From a virus, in the IMG/VR virus record IMGVR_UViG_3300037804_000252, positions 24,700-88,699 of that record: DNA of 64,000 nucleotides. One strand, given 5' to 3'. The translations under genes and the position numbers were made by a program. Positions 8,817 to 19,085 of the stretch are shown one piece after another. Below the pieces are notes generated by a model. It was given only the letters and a program-made list of their open reading frames with translations. It was not told the origin of the DNA and did no database searches. The first letter of the stretch is position 1. Each line of letters opens with the position of its first letter.

Positions 8817-10577
8817 TTATTCATCAATCAAATTTGCGTCATCTAAGAAGTCTCCGTTTTCACTCATCAACCTTCTTTTTGCTGAAACTCCGTTAACGTA
8901 TTCTTTCGCAACTTTTTGCGTAGTTTTACTAACTTTACTTTCAGTTTTCTTTAACGCTTTTTGATTTTCTTTTTTACCAAGTGGGTCTCTCCCAAGTGGA
9001 TGTTTATCTTTTCCATAGGTGTTTCCCTCTCTTGGTCTACCACCTTTGTTTTTTAACTCAGTCTTTAATTCTTCCAATTCATCTTCAATATCAGTAGGTT
9101 CTGCTTCCATTGCAGGGTCGTTACCTTCATCCTCAATTGAACGATATCTGAACCTATCTTTTAGGTCATCAATAAGTTGTTCTTTTTGGGAATCAACTTC
9201 ATCTTCACTAAAGTTAAATATATTTTTATATGTCCAATCTTTAGATACCATATTTAGTTGTTGAATATCAGAAACCAATCTAACCTTTTCACTCCAAAGA
9301 TTTACTTTTTCTTGCTCATAGATTGTAGATGGATTAACTAAGTCTAATTCAAAATCTACCATATCAGTTCCCTCAATACCTTGAGCAGCTAAATGAGTTA
9401 CTGCAATCTTAGTTAATTCTGATATTAAAGTTCTTTGTATTCTTTCGATTGTTCTTGCGAATCTTACATCTTCTGCAGCAAGAGTTGCTTTACCATTTAC
9501 ATTCTCATCATATCCCAAATATGCTTTTGGAATCTTTAGAGCTGCGAATAGTTTATTCTTTAAGTAATCGATATCATCAATAGCAGTATATTCTAAACCA
9601 CCTAATGAATCTATTTGAGTTCCACTATCACCACCCCTAACAGGTAAAAAGAAATCTTCAGTTAGGTTTTGGATATTATATTTTAAGTTGTAATCTCCAG
9701 TTCTTTTATCTACGAATGGAGTTTTTTTCATTTTACTAATAATTTTTTGCATATAGTTATCAACCTCTTGTGGAGGAATGTTACCAATATCAATTTTGAA
9801 AACTCTCTTGTCTGGTGCTCTCATGATTCTATGAATTAACATAGCATCTTCCATAAGAGAAACTTGTTTCCAAATTCTTCTACCATTTTCAATCATTGCT
9901 TTTCCATATGGTAAGAAGTTAGTATCTGATAATAATCTAAAGTGTACTACCTCATAGTTTTCATATTCACCTTTACCTGCGGGGTCATGGTTTAATTTGA
10001 ACTTTACATAGTTTGGATTATTTGGGTCAGTATTTTCCATTCTTTCAAGTTCATAAACAGGAAGTGGTTTTACATTAAGAATACCAACACCTGGTTGAAT
10101 TTCTTGTAGTAAAAAGAAATCACCATACTTTACCATATTTCGTGTCCATGACCATAGGTTAAATTCTATATTCAAAACATCATAGAAAAGGTTTTCTAGT
10201 ATTTCTTTTATTTTTTCGTTTTTTGATTTTATTTGTACAACTTCTCCAAATTCATTTTTAAGTGTACATTCATCTGCGTAGATATCTAATGCTGATGAGA
10301 TAATTGGGTCATTATCCATTGCATCATAATCTCTAAAAAGTTCTCTACGAACTTGATGGTATGCCATTGATTGAGCTGCCATCTGGTCTCCATAAAAAGA
10401 CCTTTGTAGTTTAGTGTACCTATCTCTTATATTCATAAGATTAGTACCACCTTGTTGTCTATCATCAGTATCAACAACTCTCCTTTTTCCATCTTTATCA
10501 ACCTTTACGATTGCTTGAGTAGAAAAAAGTTTTGTTAATCTTTGAAAGAATGAACTATTGTTTTGTGCTTCTGCCAT
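8817..10577 (-). CDS. Portal vertex protein, T4 gp20-like
   Basis: LMEDAMLIHRIMRAPDKRVFKIDIGN, EDFFLPVRG, DIDYLKNKLFAALKIP motifs. Confidence 0.93.
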   Translation of the reverse strand: MAEAQNNSSFFQRLTKLFSTQAIVKVDKDGKRRVVDTDDRQQGGTNLMNIRDRYTKLQRSFYGDQMAAQSMAYHQVRRELFRDYDAMDNDPIISSALDIYADECTLKNEFGEVVQIKSKNEKIKEILENLFYDVLNIEFNLWSWTRNMVKYGDFFLLQEIQPGVGILNVKPLPVYELERMENTDPNNPNYVKFKLNHDPAGKGEYENYEVVHFRLLSDTNFLPYGKAMIENGRRIWKQVSLMEDAMLIHRIMRAPDKRVFKIDIGNIPPQEVDNYMQKIISKMKKTPFVDKRTGDYNLKYNIQNLTEDFFLPVRGGDSGTQIDSLGGLEYTAIDDIDYLKNKLFAALKIPKAYLGYDENVNGKATLAAEDVRFARTIERIQRTLISELTKIAVTHLAAQGIEGTDMVDFELDLVNPSTIYEQEKVNLWSEKVRLVSDIQQLNMVSKDWTYKNIFNFSEDEVDSQKEQLIDDLKDRFRYRSIEDEGNDPAMEAEPTDIEDELEELKTELKNKGGRPREGNTYGKDKHPLGRDPLGKKENQKALKKTESKVSKTTQKVAKEYVNGVSAKRRLMSENGDFLDDANLIDE

Positions 10578-10608
10578 TTTATTTTCTTATTTTATAACCT
10601 TTATTTAT

Positions 10609-11016
10609 TTACCATGCTTTACAACTCCAATACCTAGCCTTATGTCTTGGTCCTGGTGTATCACAATTATGTCTTGCTCTAAATGCTTTTTTTCGGTCTG
10701 GATTATCTTTCTTAATCCTCATAGTTTTCTCACCTGCTTTTTTTGCAGATGTTCCACCATGTCCAAAGTTAACCTTCACAACATTTCCTTTTGGATTTTT
10801 AACATACACTTTGAACTTCTTTACATCACCAGCCATCGGTTTGTTTAACTTAATATCTCTACCTTGATATTCTGCTTCAGTAATGTCCTCTTTTATGTTT
10901 TTTAGAAAGTGAACAAACTCTTTCAAATCTTGATAGTTTTCAACATCGTATTCTTCGATAGTTTCATCTATTGATAATTTGAATTCATTATAAAGTTCTT
11001 TAGAATAATTTTTCAT
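10609..11016 (-). CDS. Conserved phage protein, DUF6321-like basic domain after an acidic leader
   Basis: ITE then AEYQG...KKFKVYVKNP...VNFG...AFRARHNC...ARYWSCKAW. Confidence 0.5.
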   Translation of the reverse strand: MKNYSKELYNEFKLSIDETIEEYDVENYQDLKEFVHFLKNIKEDITEAEYQGRDIKLNKPMAGDVKKFKVYVKNPKGNVVKVNFGHGGTSAKKAGEKTMRIKKDNPDRKKAFRARHNCDTPGPRHKARYWSCKAW

Positions 11017-11063
11017 ACTTAATCCCTATTTAACCTATACTATATAAATATAAAACTTTTATT

Positions 11064-12647
11064 TTATAACCATTTAGTTAAGTCCTCTACATTATCCTCA
11101 CCAATTTTCATCTGCCATGGATTTTCATCAACATCAGTTGAACCATATACTCCACTATAAGTATAAGATGAAATACTGTTGATTGCTTGTTTAGTTAAAT
11201 CAATTCCTTCTTGTCTTAATCTAAGTGCGGTATCACGAACCCATAGTGATATTGCTAATGACATTGTTAAGTCATCATTATATCCACGCATTGCTTCTGC
11301 TCTACCATTCATCCATATAAATGTGAATAATTCATCAATAGTTCTAACTGAACGTATTATAATTGATTTCTCTCTTATATACTCCTCTAACTTTGAAATA
11401 ATCAAAGGTCGAGTTCTTGATGTAGTTGAGAATCCTGCAATCATTCCTTTATCTTGTGACCTGTATCTATTCGAATGTTGGTGTTCAACATCTACATATT
11501 TCAAGTCCTTACTCATGTAATATAAGTTAGGATAGTTTCTATCAATCACTTGTTGAATAGTTGCCCAACCAATATTTGCGTTTTCAATTACAAGTAATGC
11601 TTGATTATATTCAGTTGCTAATGCAACTAAAAAATTACCAAAATCTTTTGTATCTAGTTTGCCCCTATACTCAGCAACTTGTTCAGAATCTTCAACATCA
11701 ATTACATGAGCAGCTGAATAATCCGATGAATCTCCTCTAGAAACATCGGCAACAACCATATATGATTTATTGTAATCTGGGAATTGCCATTTCCATAAGT
11801 TTCCATCAAAACCAGTTTTTTCTAAAGGTTCTTGTACATAAGTTTCCTTATAAAATTGAAGTACTTGTGGGTCAATTACCGAATCACCAGAAGATACAAA
11901 ATCACAATCACATTCTTGTGCTGCTCCTTTTGGTCCTAATAGAGTTTCTTGTTCATCTCTCCAATCTTGGTTTCTTTCTGGATGAACTGACCAATGTAGT
12001 CTAATATTATTAAATCCATTAGTACCATCTTCAGAACCTACCCAAGTTTTGTGAAAGAAGTTACCTACACCATTTGGAGTAGATAAAATAATTGCGTTAC
12101 CACCAGTAGATAATGTAGATTGTGCCGATACCCATATCTCTTCAATCTTATCAATGAATGCTGCCTCATCGAATACTAAAAGGGATAGTGCTTCAGAACG
12201 ACCTGCATCTCCTGCTGCTGATGTTGCTTTTATCTGAGACCCATTTGAGTATCTAAGGGATAGTTTATTATCTTCAATAGTTGTTAACTTTAACCAAGAA
12301 GGAAGATAACTATTCATTACTCTAACCTTTGTTACCAAGTTTTTGGCAACTTCTTGTTTTGTTGCAATTACTAAACAATTAAAGTCATCGTTAAACAACA
12401 TTTTCCATAAAGAGAATCCTGCCGTTAAAGTCGATATACCAGTTTGTCTGGATTTAAGAATGATATTATATCTATGGTCTTTGAACTCATTTAGAGTTTC
12501 TTCTTGGAAAGGATATAGGTGAAAAGGAATTTTACCCCTAACAGGATGTTGAATCATACAATATTTACGCATGAAATAGGTTGGGTCAGAAGCACACTTC
12601 TGATACTCAATCTTAATTATTTCTTTTAATGATGATTTCTTAGCCAA
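11064..12647 (-). CDS. Terminase large subunit, T4 gp17-like
   Basis: Walker A KSRQTGIST, Walker B LLVFDEAAF, coupling motif STPNG, nuclease VADVSRGDSSDYS and DDL. Confidence 0.93.
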   Translation of the reverse strand: MAKKSSLKEIIKIEYQKCASDPTYFMRKYCMIQHPVRGKIPFHLYPFQEETLNEFKDHRYNIILKSRQTGISTLTAGFSLWKMLFNDDFNCLVIATKQEVAKNLVTKVRVMNSYLPSWLKLTTIEDNKLSLRYSNGSQIKATSAAGDAGRSEALSLLVFDEAAFIDKIEEIWVSAQSTLSTGGNAIILSTPNGVGNFFHKTWVGSEDGTNGFNNIRLHWSVHPERNQDWRDEQETLLGPKGAAQECDCDFVSSGDSVIDPQVLQFYKETYVQEPLEKTGFDGNLWKWQFPDYNKSYMVVADVSRGDSSDYSAAHVIDVEDSEQVAEYRGKLDTKDFGNFLVALATEYNQALLVIENANIGWATIQQVIDRNYPNLYYMSKDLKYVDVEHQHSNRYRSQDKGMIAGFSTTSRTRPLIISKLEEYIREKSIIIRSVRTIDELFTFIWMNGRAEAMRGYNDDLTMSLAISLWVRDTALRLRQEGIDLTKQAINSISSYTYSGVYGSTDVDENPWQMKIGEDNVEDLTKWL

Positions 12648-12654
12648 ACTAAAT

Positions 12655-13344
12655 TTATTTTTTTCCTATTTTCCAATACATACCACCAGTAATAAATGGT
12701 GCTAATTGTGAGGTATTAGAATTATTCTGAATACCTATACCCAATTGATATAAATTATTCTTTTTATTTTTTAGGATTAACCCAGCTCCAACATTACTGA
12801 TTATATCTTCTTTGTTGAAACCACCATTCAATCCCCAATAAAATTCATTCTTTGGTAATTCTTTTACAATTGTTGTGTTATACACAGTTGGGATTTGGAA
12901 GAACCAATCCACATCTCTTGATTGGATTTGGTTTTGTGAAATGATATCAGTTAGGATACCATATCCTAAAGTTGGATTTGGTTTCTTTCCTAATGAATCA
13001 GTAACACCTTTTGGAAAATCATATGTAAGATTAAGTGTATCCTTTACTTCGTACTTTGCGAAATAATCTTCTACAATTTTCAATGTATCAATATCGATAG
13101 GAACTTCAACTTCAACAGTTTCAGTTACTACTTTAGTAATGTACTTTGGTACATATGTTGGAACTTTAACTGTTTTCTCTACAACAATAGTATCAACTTT
13201 TTGTTCTAACAATTCATAATCTTTACCATCTACATTTACTATTTCTTTTTCCCCTTCTTCACCACCACAACTTCTTAATAACAATACCACACATAGTGCC
13301 ATTATCATTATTGTTTTCAAATCAAATTTCTTTAACCAACTCAT
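12655..13344 (-). CDS. Membrane-anchored or lipoprotein-like hypothetical
   Basis: Hydrophobic N-terminus IMIMALCVVLLLRSC; beta-strand-rich C-terminus ending GGMYWKIGKK. Confidence 0.5.
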   Translation of the reverse strand: MSWLKKFDLKTIMIMALCVVLLLRSCGGEEGEKEIVNVDGKDYELLEQKVDTIVVEKTVKVPTYVPKYITKVVTETVEVEVPIDIDTLKIVEDYFAKYEVKDTLNLTYDFPKGVTDSLGKKPNPTLGYGILTDIISQNQIQSRDVDWFFQIPTVYNTTIVKELPKNEFYWGLNGGFNKEDIISNVGAGLILKNKKNNLYQLGIGIQNNSNTSQLAPFITGGMYWKIGKK

Positions 13345-13993
13345 AATTCATAGGTTTTAATTTCTCGTAGGCAGCGTTTCTTTTTTCTATAACTTCGATA
13401 AGTTCTTTTTTACCATTTTCTATATCAGACTCTATTTGTTCTCTTAATACTTTAACATCTTCATTAGATGTCCACTTCTCAATAGAACCATCATCATTTA
13501 CATATTCATGAATATTTTTAACTTCATTCAATGCTTGATTCCACTTTTCTAAAACTTCAGTACCGTGTGCTGCCATATTAGAATATATCTTATACTCATT
13601 ATAAAATTCCCACATACCATCAAGTTTTATTTGTGTTTCTCTACTTGATAAACAAGCTCCACAAAAACCAGTTTTCTTTATTAGTTTTTTATCGGCATCT
13701 GAATATTTTGTGTTTTCACAATTATCCCCCTTACCTTTGGTTTGTTCTTCTAAATATTTTCTAACCTTTGATAACTCCGAAGATGCTTTAGACTGTTTTA
13801 CTCTACCATATGATTTTTGTTCCCAAACTACACCATTTTCTTCCCATATATCACCAACATTTCTTTTTGTTGTTTCTTTGATATTGGATAATGATATTTG
13901 AGTATCTTTATCATACTCACCAGTTTGAATCATGTTAACCAACTTTCTACGAGTTGGGTGCATATATTTTTTATTGAATTTTTTCTCAGTCAT
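13322..13993 (-). CDS. Hypothetical protein
   Basis: 223 aa with VGDIWEENG and a CGAC motif; late-box variant TATAAGTA at 14020-14027 upstream. Confidence 0.55.
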   Translation of the reverse strand: MTEKKFNKKYMHPTRRKLVNMIQTGEYDKDTQISLSNIKETTKRNVGDIWEENGVVWEQKSYGRVKQSKASSELSKVRKYLEEQTKGKGDNCENTKYSDADKKLIKKTGFCGACLSSRETQIKLDGMWEFYNEYKIYSNMAAHGTEVLEKWNQALNEVKNIHEYVNDDGSIEKWTSNEDVKVLREQIESDIENGKKELIEVIEKRNAAYEKLKPMNYELVKEI

Positions 13994-14039
13994 AAAATCG
14001 TAACTTATATATCTGTATATATAAGTATTAAGTTTTTTA

Positions 14040-17000
14040 CTATTCGTAAAATAAACCGAGAATCTGATTGAGAGGTGCGAATGTTCCTGTTAGTTTGAAT
14101 GTCTTACCACCATATACAAATACGATTCCCTCATTAGGAACTATCTTATCAGTACCACCAATAGCGTTCAACCTTTGTAGTTCTAATTTAAGTTTATTAA
14201 TTTTCTTAACATCACCTGATTTCTTAACATCTTGGATTGTTTTATCCAATCTCTTTTTCATATCCCTAACTGCTTTATCAGGGTTAGCAGCCAATACTGA
14301 ACTCATAAATGAAAGTATATCTGCTCCGATACCTAAGAAGATATCTTCGAATGGTCTAATATTATCTTTAGCCATTTTAGCATGGTCATTCTTATCAATT
14401 CCTTTTGCCCATTCCAAAGTTTTCTCATCACTAAAATTCTTCTTATCTAATCTAAATGATTTATCATAGAATGCCCATCTCTTAACTAATCCCATTAAAG
14501 TTCTATTATCTAACTTAGTTGGAGATTTTTTATTTACAAAATCCATCCAAAATGCTTGATGATAATCAGCAATTCCATCGGTATCTTTTAATTTGAATTT
14601 AGATTGTAATTTTGAAATTTTAGAATTGTAAGGACCTTTTAGTTTTCTTAAATCTTTTGATTTAGGTAATTGATTAATTGGAGGACCAGAAATAGTATAT
14701 GCTGATTGTACATCTGCATTTACTTGTTTAATCATTCCTGCTAACATTCTTGCTGCGTCTTGGTTCTCACCAATAGCAACACCATCTTCATTATACTCCA
14801 TTGTTCCATGGAATACTAATAGTGCTTGTCCATATGGTATTACATTAACAGAAGTTGGATAGATTACTTCCAAATTCATAAAACATGCTCCTCCTTTGAA
14901 AATCTTATCTTTTTGTTTTTCACTCAACTTAGATATTGCTTTCGTTAAATCTTTCATTGCGAAGTTGTATGCCTTTTCCAATTCTCCTCTACCAGCAAAC
15001 TTCATTGCCACACCATTAATATCTAATGCACCTTCTCCTTTGTTTTTCAAATGTCCTTTGTTTCTTGCCGCAACTAATCTTCCATCTCTCCAACTAACTG
15101 CTAATGCTTGACCATCTGTCTTTTCTCTAGCTAAATCTAAGTTTCCTTCTAATGCTTTATTTACAATATCTTTAAGTTGTCCAAAAGTTAAATTTATTTC
15201 GGTATCGAATGGGTGATTCATATGTCCATAAGCACCTCCTTCCAAAATCAATGATTCAGTAATACCACCACCTAATGCGTATGGTACGAGTTCATCCAAT
15301 TCACTATCTCCTAAACCTTTTCTACTTGGAGTTGATTGTATGTTACTCTTAAACATTACATATTCTTTGAGTGAACTATATTTTATAATTAATTCACCCA
15401 AAACCTCAAGTCTACCCATTTCTTCTTGAAAATCAATATCTTTCATATTGAAATTAATTTTTTCATGAGTTTCTTTGAATTCTTCTTTAGCTTGTTCTAA
15501 GTCAAATTTACCATTTGATGCTTTTTCATAGTAAGGAAGTTTTACATCAAAATGATGGTGTGTTAATAGTGAATCGCCACCTTTTTCTTTTGCATTACTA
15601 GAAATTGTTCCAGCTCCATTTCCTCTACCTTTAGCAAAGTCATTAAAGGGACTGTCAGTATCTTTGTTTTCTTTTATATAAAAGAAATCATTCACACCTT
15701 CGAATTTATATTTTGGGTCTGGTGTTTTGAAATCATCTTTTCTCATTATGGTTTTAGCAATCACTTTGTTTGCTTGTTTCATAAATGGAATGTTAAGGTT
15801 TGTTCTATTATCTTTTGCTACAATCTGTCCATACAAATTAAGAAAGTTTAAGAAATCTTTTTTCTTTTTTCCTAACCTCTTAAAGAATCCGATTAATTCG
15901 GCTTGGGATATTTCTTTTTTATTTCTTGGGTCAGTTAATCTATCGAAGAAATGTTTATCAGTCAGAACCACATCTACTGGATTAAGTTGTTTGTCAGCAT
16001 ACTGGTCAATCTTTTGTAAATCAGCCATAGGGATTTCATCTAACTGAACTTGTATACCTTCTTTTAAGATTCTGAAGTTTACAACTTTTCTACCATTGAT
16101 TGTTGGCATTCCATGTTCATCCTTACCAATAGTTTTAACAACTGTCTTTTTATTCTTAAATCTACCTGTTAGAATAGTATCACCAACATTTACTGGAAGT
16201 TTAATGTCTTCATTAATATTGTTTGATTTTTTCCATGCTTCAAATTTTTCCAAATCATACTCTTTTGATTGATTGTCAAATCCACAATTGTGGCATAAAT
16301 ATTTCTGAGTATCATTTGTTTCTATTTCCCACTGATGGTCGCATTTTTCACAGTTAATTGAAGTATCATTATTTTCTGTTTTTTCATAAGACTCTCCCAC
16401 TACATTAGTTACTTCTTCTTTTTCTTTATCTAAATCTCGTAATGACTCATCTCTTTCATCTGCCAATTCAATAAAGTCAACTAATGAATATCCAACTAAC
16501 CCAGATATTCTTGTCACATGCTTGAACCATTTATCATATGCATCTGAACCGTAAAAATCTTTTTGGTTGGTTGCGGTTGTTTTACCAGCAACACCTGCTG
16601 GGAATGGAGTTACTGCTTTTACAGGTCCATCGGGATAAATTGGATGTGGGTCTATATCGGTAAGGTCATCACTCATAATTTGTGATAAAACAGTGTATCC
16701 TATTTCTTCTGCTCGTTTTTGAGAAACTCTATCGAATGTTGTATAAGATGGAAATAAAAAGTTTGGACCATCATCAACTTCAGATGAACCTAAAACTTGT
16801 GAGGCTTCTTTAATTAAATCACTACCCTCAATTATTAACCAATTTTGTAATAGTTCTTCCGAAATACTAAATTCTTCGTTTAATGTATTTGTTATAAAAT
16901 CAAATATCTTTTTATCAAATTTTGGATATGCTCTTTTTGAAAAGAAATCTTTCTTATCTTCATCTGAACCTGCTGATAATCCATTACGAACTTCAGTTCC

Positions 17001-17477
17001 ACTTATAGGATTAGATTGTTGGGGAGCGATGTAAACATATCCCTTATCTTCATATCCTTCGAAATCTAAGTTATCTTTATAAGGTGTAAAGAACTTACCC
17101 CCACTACCTAATCTACCAGCGTCTTTCTTACCTACAACAGTAATAAACGCAGTTGTATCTTTATCAAACTTCGTTAGTACCTCAGTTGGTACATAAGGAT
17201 TTTTTACTTGAAAAATTTTGTTTTTTGGAATCCCAAACATTTTGGTAATAATCATTACCTTTTCTTTGAAGTTGAATGGGGATTTATCATTATCGGTTTT
17301 ATTGGATGTACCGATATACACATTATTCTTTCCGAACTTTTTTACTAAGTGGGAATAGGTTGCGTAATGACCTTTATGAAAAGGTTGAAAACGACCAGCA
17401 TAGACTACAACTTTGTTGTCTACACTGCTCGTTTCTCCTAAAATACTTTCTATTAAGAATTGAGATAATTCGTTCAT
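14040..17477 (-). CDS. Multidomain protein: HIGH-type cytidyltransferase-like N-terminus, Zn-ribbon, several small modules, C-terminal ligase-like nucleotidyltransferase
   Basis: YAGRFQPFHKGH and SGTEVR; CEKC...CHNC; EKTDG, NLEVI, EGIVF and FKL resemble ligase motifs I, III, IV and V. Confidence 0.6.
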   Translation of the reverse strand: MNELSQFLIESILGETSSVDNKVVVYAGRFQPFHKGHYATYSHLVKKFGKNNVYIGTSNKTDNDKSPFNFKEKVMIITKMFGIPKNKIFQVKNPYVPTEVLTKFDKDTTAFITVVGKKDAGRLGSGGKFFTPYKDNLDFEGYEDKGYVYIAPQQSNPISGTEVRNGLSAGSDEDKKDFFSKRAYPKFDKKIFDFITNTLNEEFSISEELLQNWLIIEGSDLIKEASQVLGSSEVDDGPNFLFPSYTTFDRVSQKRAEEIGYTVLSQIMSDDLTDIDPHPIYPDGPVKAVTPFPAGVAGKTTATNQKDFYGSDAYDKWFKHVTRISGLVGYSLVDFIELADERDESLRDLDKEKEEVTNVVGESYEKTENNDTSINCEKCDHQWEIETNDTQKYLCHNCGFDNQSKEYDLEKFEAWKKSNNINEDIKLPVNVGDTILTGRFKNKKTVVKTIGKDEHGMPTINGRKVVNFRILKEGIQVQLDEIPMADLQKIDQYADKQLNPVDVVLTDKHFFDRLTDPRNKKEISQAELIGFFKRLGKKKKDFLNFLNLYGQIVAKDNRTNLNIPFMKQANKVIAKTIMRKDDFKTPDPKYKFEGVNDFFYIKENKDTDSPFNDFAKGRGNGAGTISSNAKEKGGDSLLTHHHFDVKLPYYEKASNGKFDLEQAKEEFKETHEKINFNMKDIDFQEEMGRLEVLGELIIKYSSLKEYVMFKSNIQSTPSRKGLGDSELDELVPYALGGGITESLILEGGAYGHMNHPFDTEINLTFGQLKDIVNKALEGNLDLAREKTDGQALAVSWRDGRLVAARNKGHLKNKGEGALDINGVAMKFAGRGELEKAYNFAMKDLTKAISKLSEKQKDKIFKGGACFMNLEVIYPTSVNVIPYGQALLVFHGTMEYNEDGVAIGENQDAARMLAGMIKQVNADVQSAYTISGPPINQLPKSKDLRKLKGPYNSKISKLQSKFKLKDTDGIADYHQAFWMDFVNKKSPTKLDNRTLMGLVKRWAFYDKSFRLDKKNFSDEKTLEWAKGIDKNDHAKMAKDNIRPFEDIFLGIGADILSFMSSVLAANPDKAVRDMKKRLDKTIQDVKKSGDVKKINKLKLELQRLNAIGGTDKIVPNEGIVFVYGGKTFKLTGTFAPLNQILGLFYE

Positions 17478-17520
17478 CTGATATAGTACTATTTCCTTTG
17501 TACTATATAAATATAGAGTT

Positions 17521-17892
17521 TTATTCTTTTGGTAATTCAGTTGCTGGAATATCTTGATTCTTTAGTTGTTCCTTCATTTGTTCCAACACTGCAGGGTTAT
17601 ATGTAATAGTGCCCTTTTGTAAATCTAATTGTCCTCTTGGATATTCTTTCTCAAGTGCTGCAATCATCTTTCTCATTTCTTGATTGTCAGATTTGAAGTC
17701 ATTTTCAAGTTTATCTCTGTCAGAGTGTAATAATTCCAATTCTTCACCTAACTCCTTTTCACGGATGTATAATTGACCGAAACTATTTACTGCTTGATTT
17801 AGTTTATTATTTTGGTCTACAATCGGTTTAATAACACCTTCATCTAAGGTAACTGTTACTAATTCAATTTGTTGTTTTTCTTCGTTTGCCAT
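17521..17892 (-). CDS. Coiled-coil hypothetical, paralog of 22474-22746
   Basis: LEKEYPRGQLDLQKG versus IDKKYPNGQIDLEKG; own late box at 17934-17941. Confidence 0.55.
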   Translation of the reverse strand: MANEEKQQIELVTVTLDEGVIKPIVDQNNKLNQAVNSFGQLYIREKELGEELELLHSDRDKLENDFKSDNQEMRKMIAALEKEYPRGQLDLQKGTITYNPAVLEQMKEQLKNQDIPATELPKE

Positions 17893-17947
17893 ATTACTAT
17901 AAATTAATTAATTTTTGTTTTTGAATATTCGTATATAAATATATAAA

Positions 17948-18703
17948 TTATAAGTTTTCGTAATCTATTGTTGTAACACCTCGTTTTTGTACAACTTGTG
18001 CTGAACATCGATTTCCGAATTGTATTGATTTTGGAATATCGTTAGTATCTAAGAACTCTTTCACAAATCCTGCTACAAATGTATCACCAGCCCCTGAGAT
18101 ATCCATAATCTCTACTTGTTCGGTTGGATATACTATATCATGATACATACATCCATCTTTATCTAATGTAACTATTAATTTTTCTACCAACCACCCATTG
18201 TCATTAATATATTCTATACTATTTTGAAATTCTGAACGGTTCTGTTTTATAAATCGTAAATTTTCACACCAATCCCCTAATTGTTTTTTCGTATCACAAA
18301 TTACATTTGGGTGTCTGAATGAGATAAAACTAATAACTTCTTCCGTTAAAAACCCTTTATTATAATCAGAGATTACAACCATATCATAATCAGAATAATT
18401 AATAGAAAGAAGTTGTGCATCGGTTATTCTATCTATTCGTTCTTCCTCATCTATTCTTAGTAGTAAACTGTTTGATGCTTCATGAATGTGTCTTGTCTTT
18501 TTTATAGTAGATTCATGTGTAATAAAGTCAACTTCTAATTTTAGTGATGTAAGATTACTCAATACATTCAATCCCATTCCACCATTACTAACTGTCCTTA
18601 AAGGAATAAATACAGGAGCAGGTCCTTCTGGTGATAACCTTGGTGTATCTCCATAAATGAAGATATCATCACATTGTTCTCCTATTAATAAAACCTTATT
18701 CAT
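17948..18703 (-). CDS. Heptose-7-phosphate kinase-like (RfaE/HldE domain I, PfkB family)
   Basis: RLSPEGPAPV, VVISDYNKG and DISGAGDTF signatures. Confidence 0.85.
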   Translation of the reverse strand: MNKVLLIGEQCDDIFIYGDTPRLSPEGPAPVFIPLRTVSNGGMGLNVLSNLTSLKLEVDFITHESTIKKTRHIHEASNSLLLRIDEEERIDRITDAQLLSINYSDYDMVVISDYNKGFLTEEVISFISFRHPNVICDTKKQLGDWCENLRFIKQNRSEFQNSIEYINDNGWLVEKLIVTLDKDGCMYHDIVYPTEQVEIMDISGAGDTFVAGFVKEFLDTNDIPKSIQFGNRCSAQVVQKRGVTTIDYENL

Positions 18704-19085
18704 TGTTTAATATTTTTGTTGTACTAAAATTATCTATTCTATTAAAATAAACAATTGATTTTGCGTATTGTCCACCTATTATAGATTTATTTTTATAATC
18801 AGAACCAATTACAAAGACATCTGGTTCAAATGTTTTTATTAATTGTTCTAGCATTTCAGATGAATCAAATATCACAACTCGTTTAACACCCTTTATTCTT
18901 TCTAAGTTGTACTTTCTTTCCTCTTGTGAGTGAAAGGGTCTATCATCACCTTTAAGTTCTTTAACTCGTTTATCAGAGTCTATTCCTACTACCAATAGTT
19001 CACCAAAACTAGCTGCGTGTTCTAATAATCTAAAATGAGCATGATGTAAGACATCAAAACAACCATTCACCCAAACTTTTTTCAT
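18696..19085 (-). CDS. Heptose-1-phosphate adenylyltransferase-like (RfaE/HldE domain II)
   Basis: NGCFDVLHHAH, VGIDSDKRVKELKGDDRP, GSDY, C-terminal STT. Confidence 0.82.
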   Translation of the reverse strand: MKKVWVNGCFDVLHHAHFRLLEHAASFGELLVVGIDSDKRVKELKGDDRPFHSQEERKYNLERIKGVKRVVIFDSSEMLEQLIKTFEPDVFVIGSDYKNKSIIGGQYAKSIVYFNRIDNFSTTKILNNE

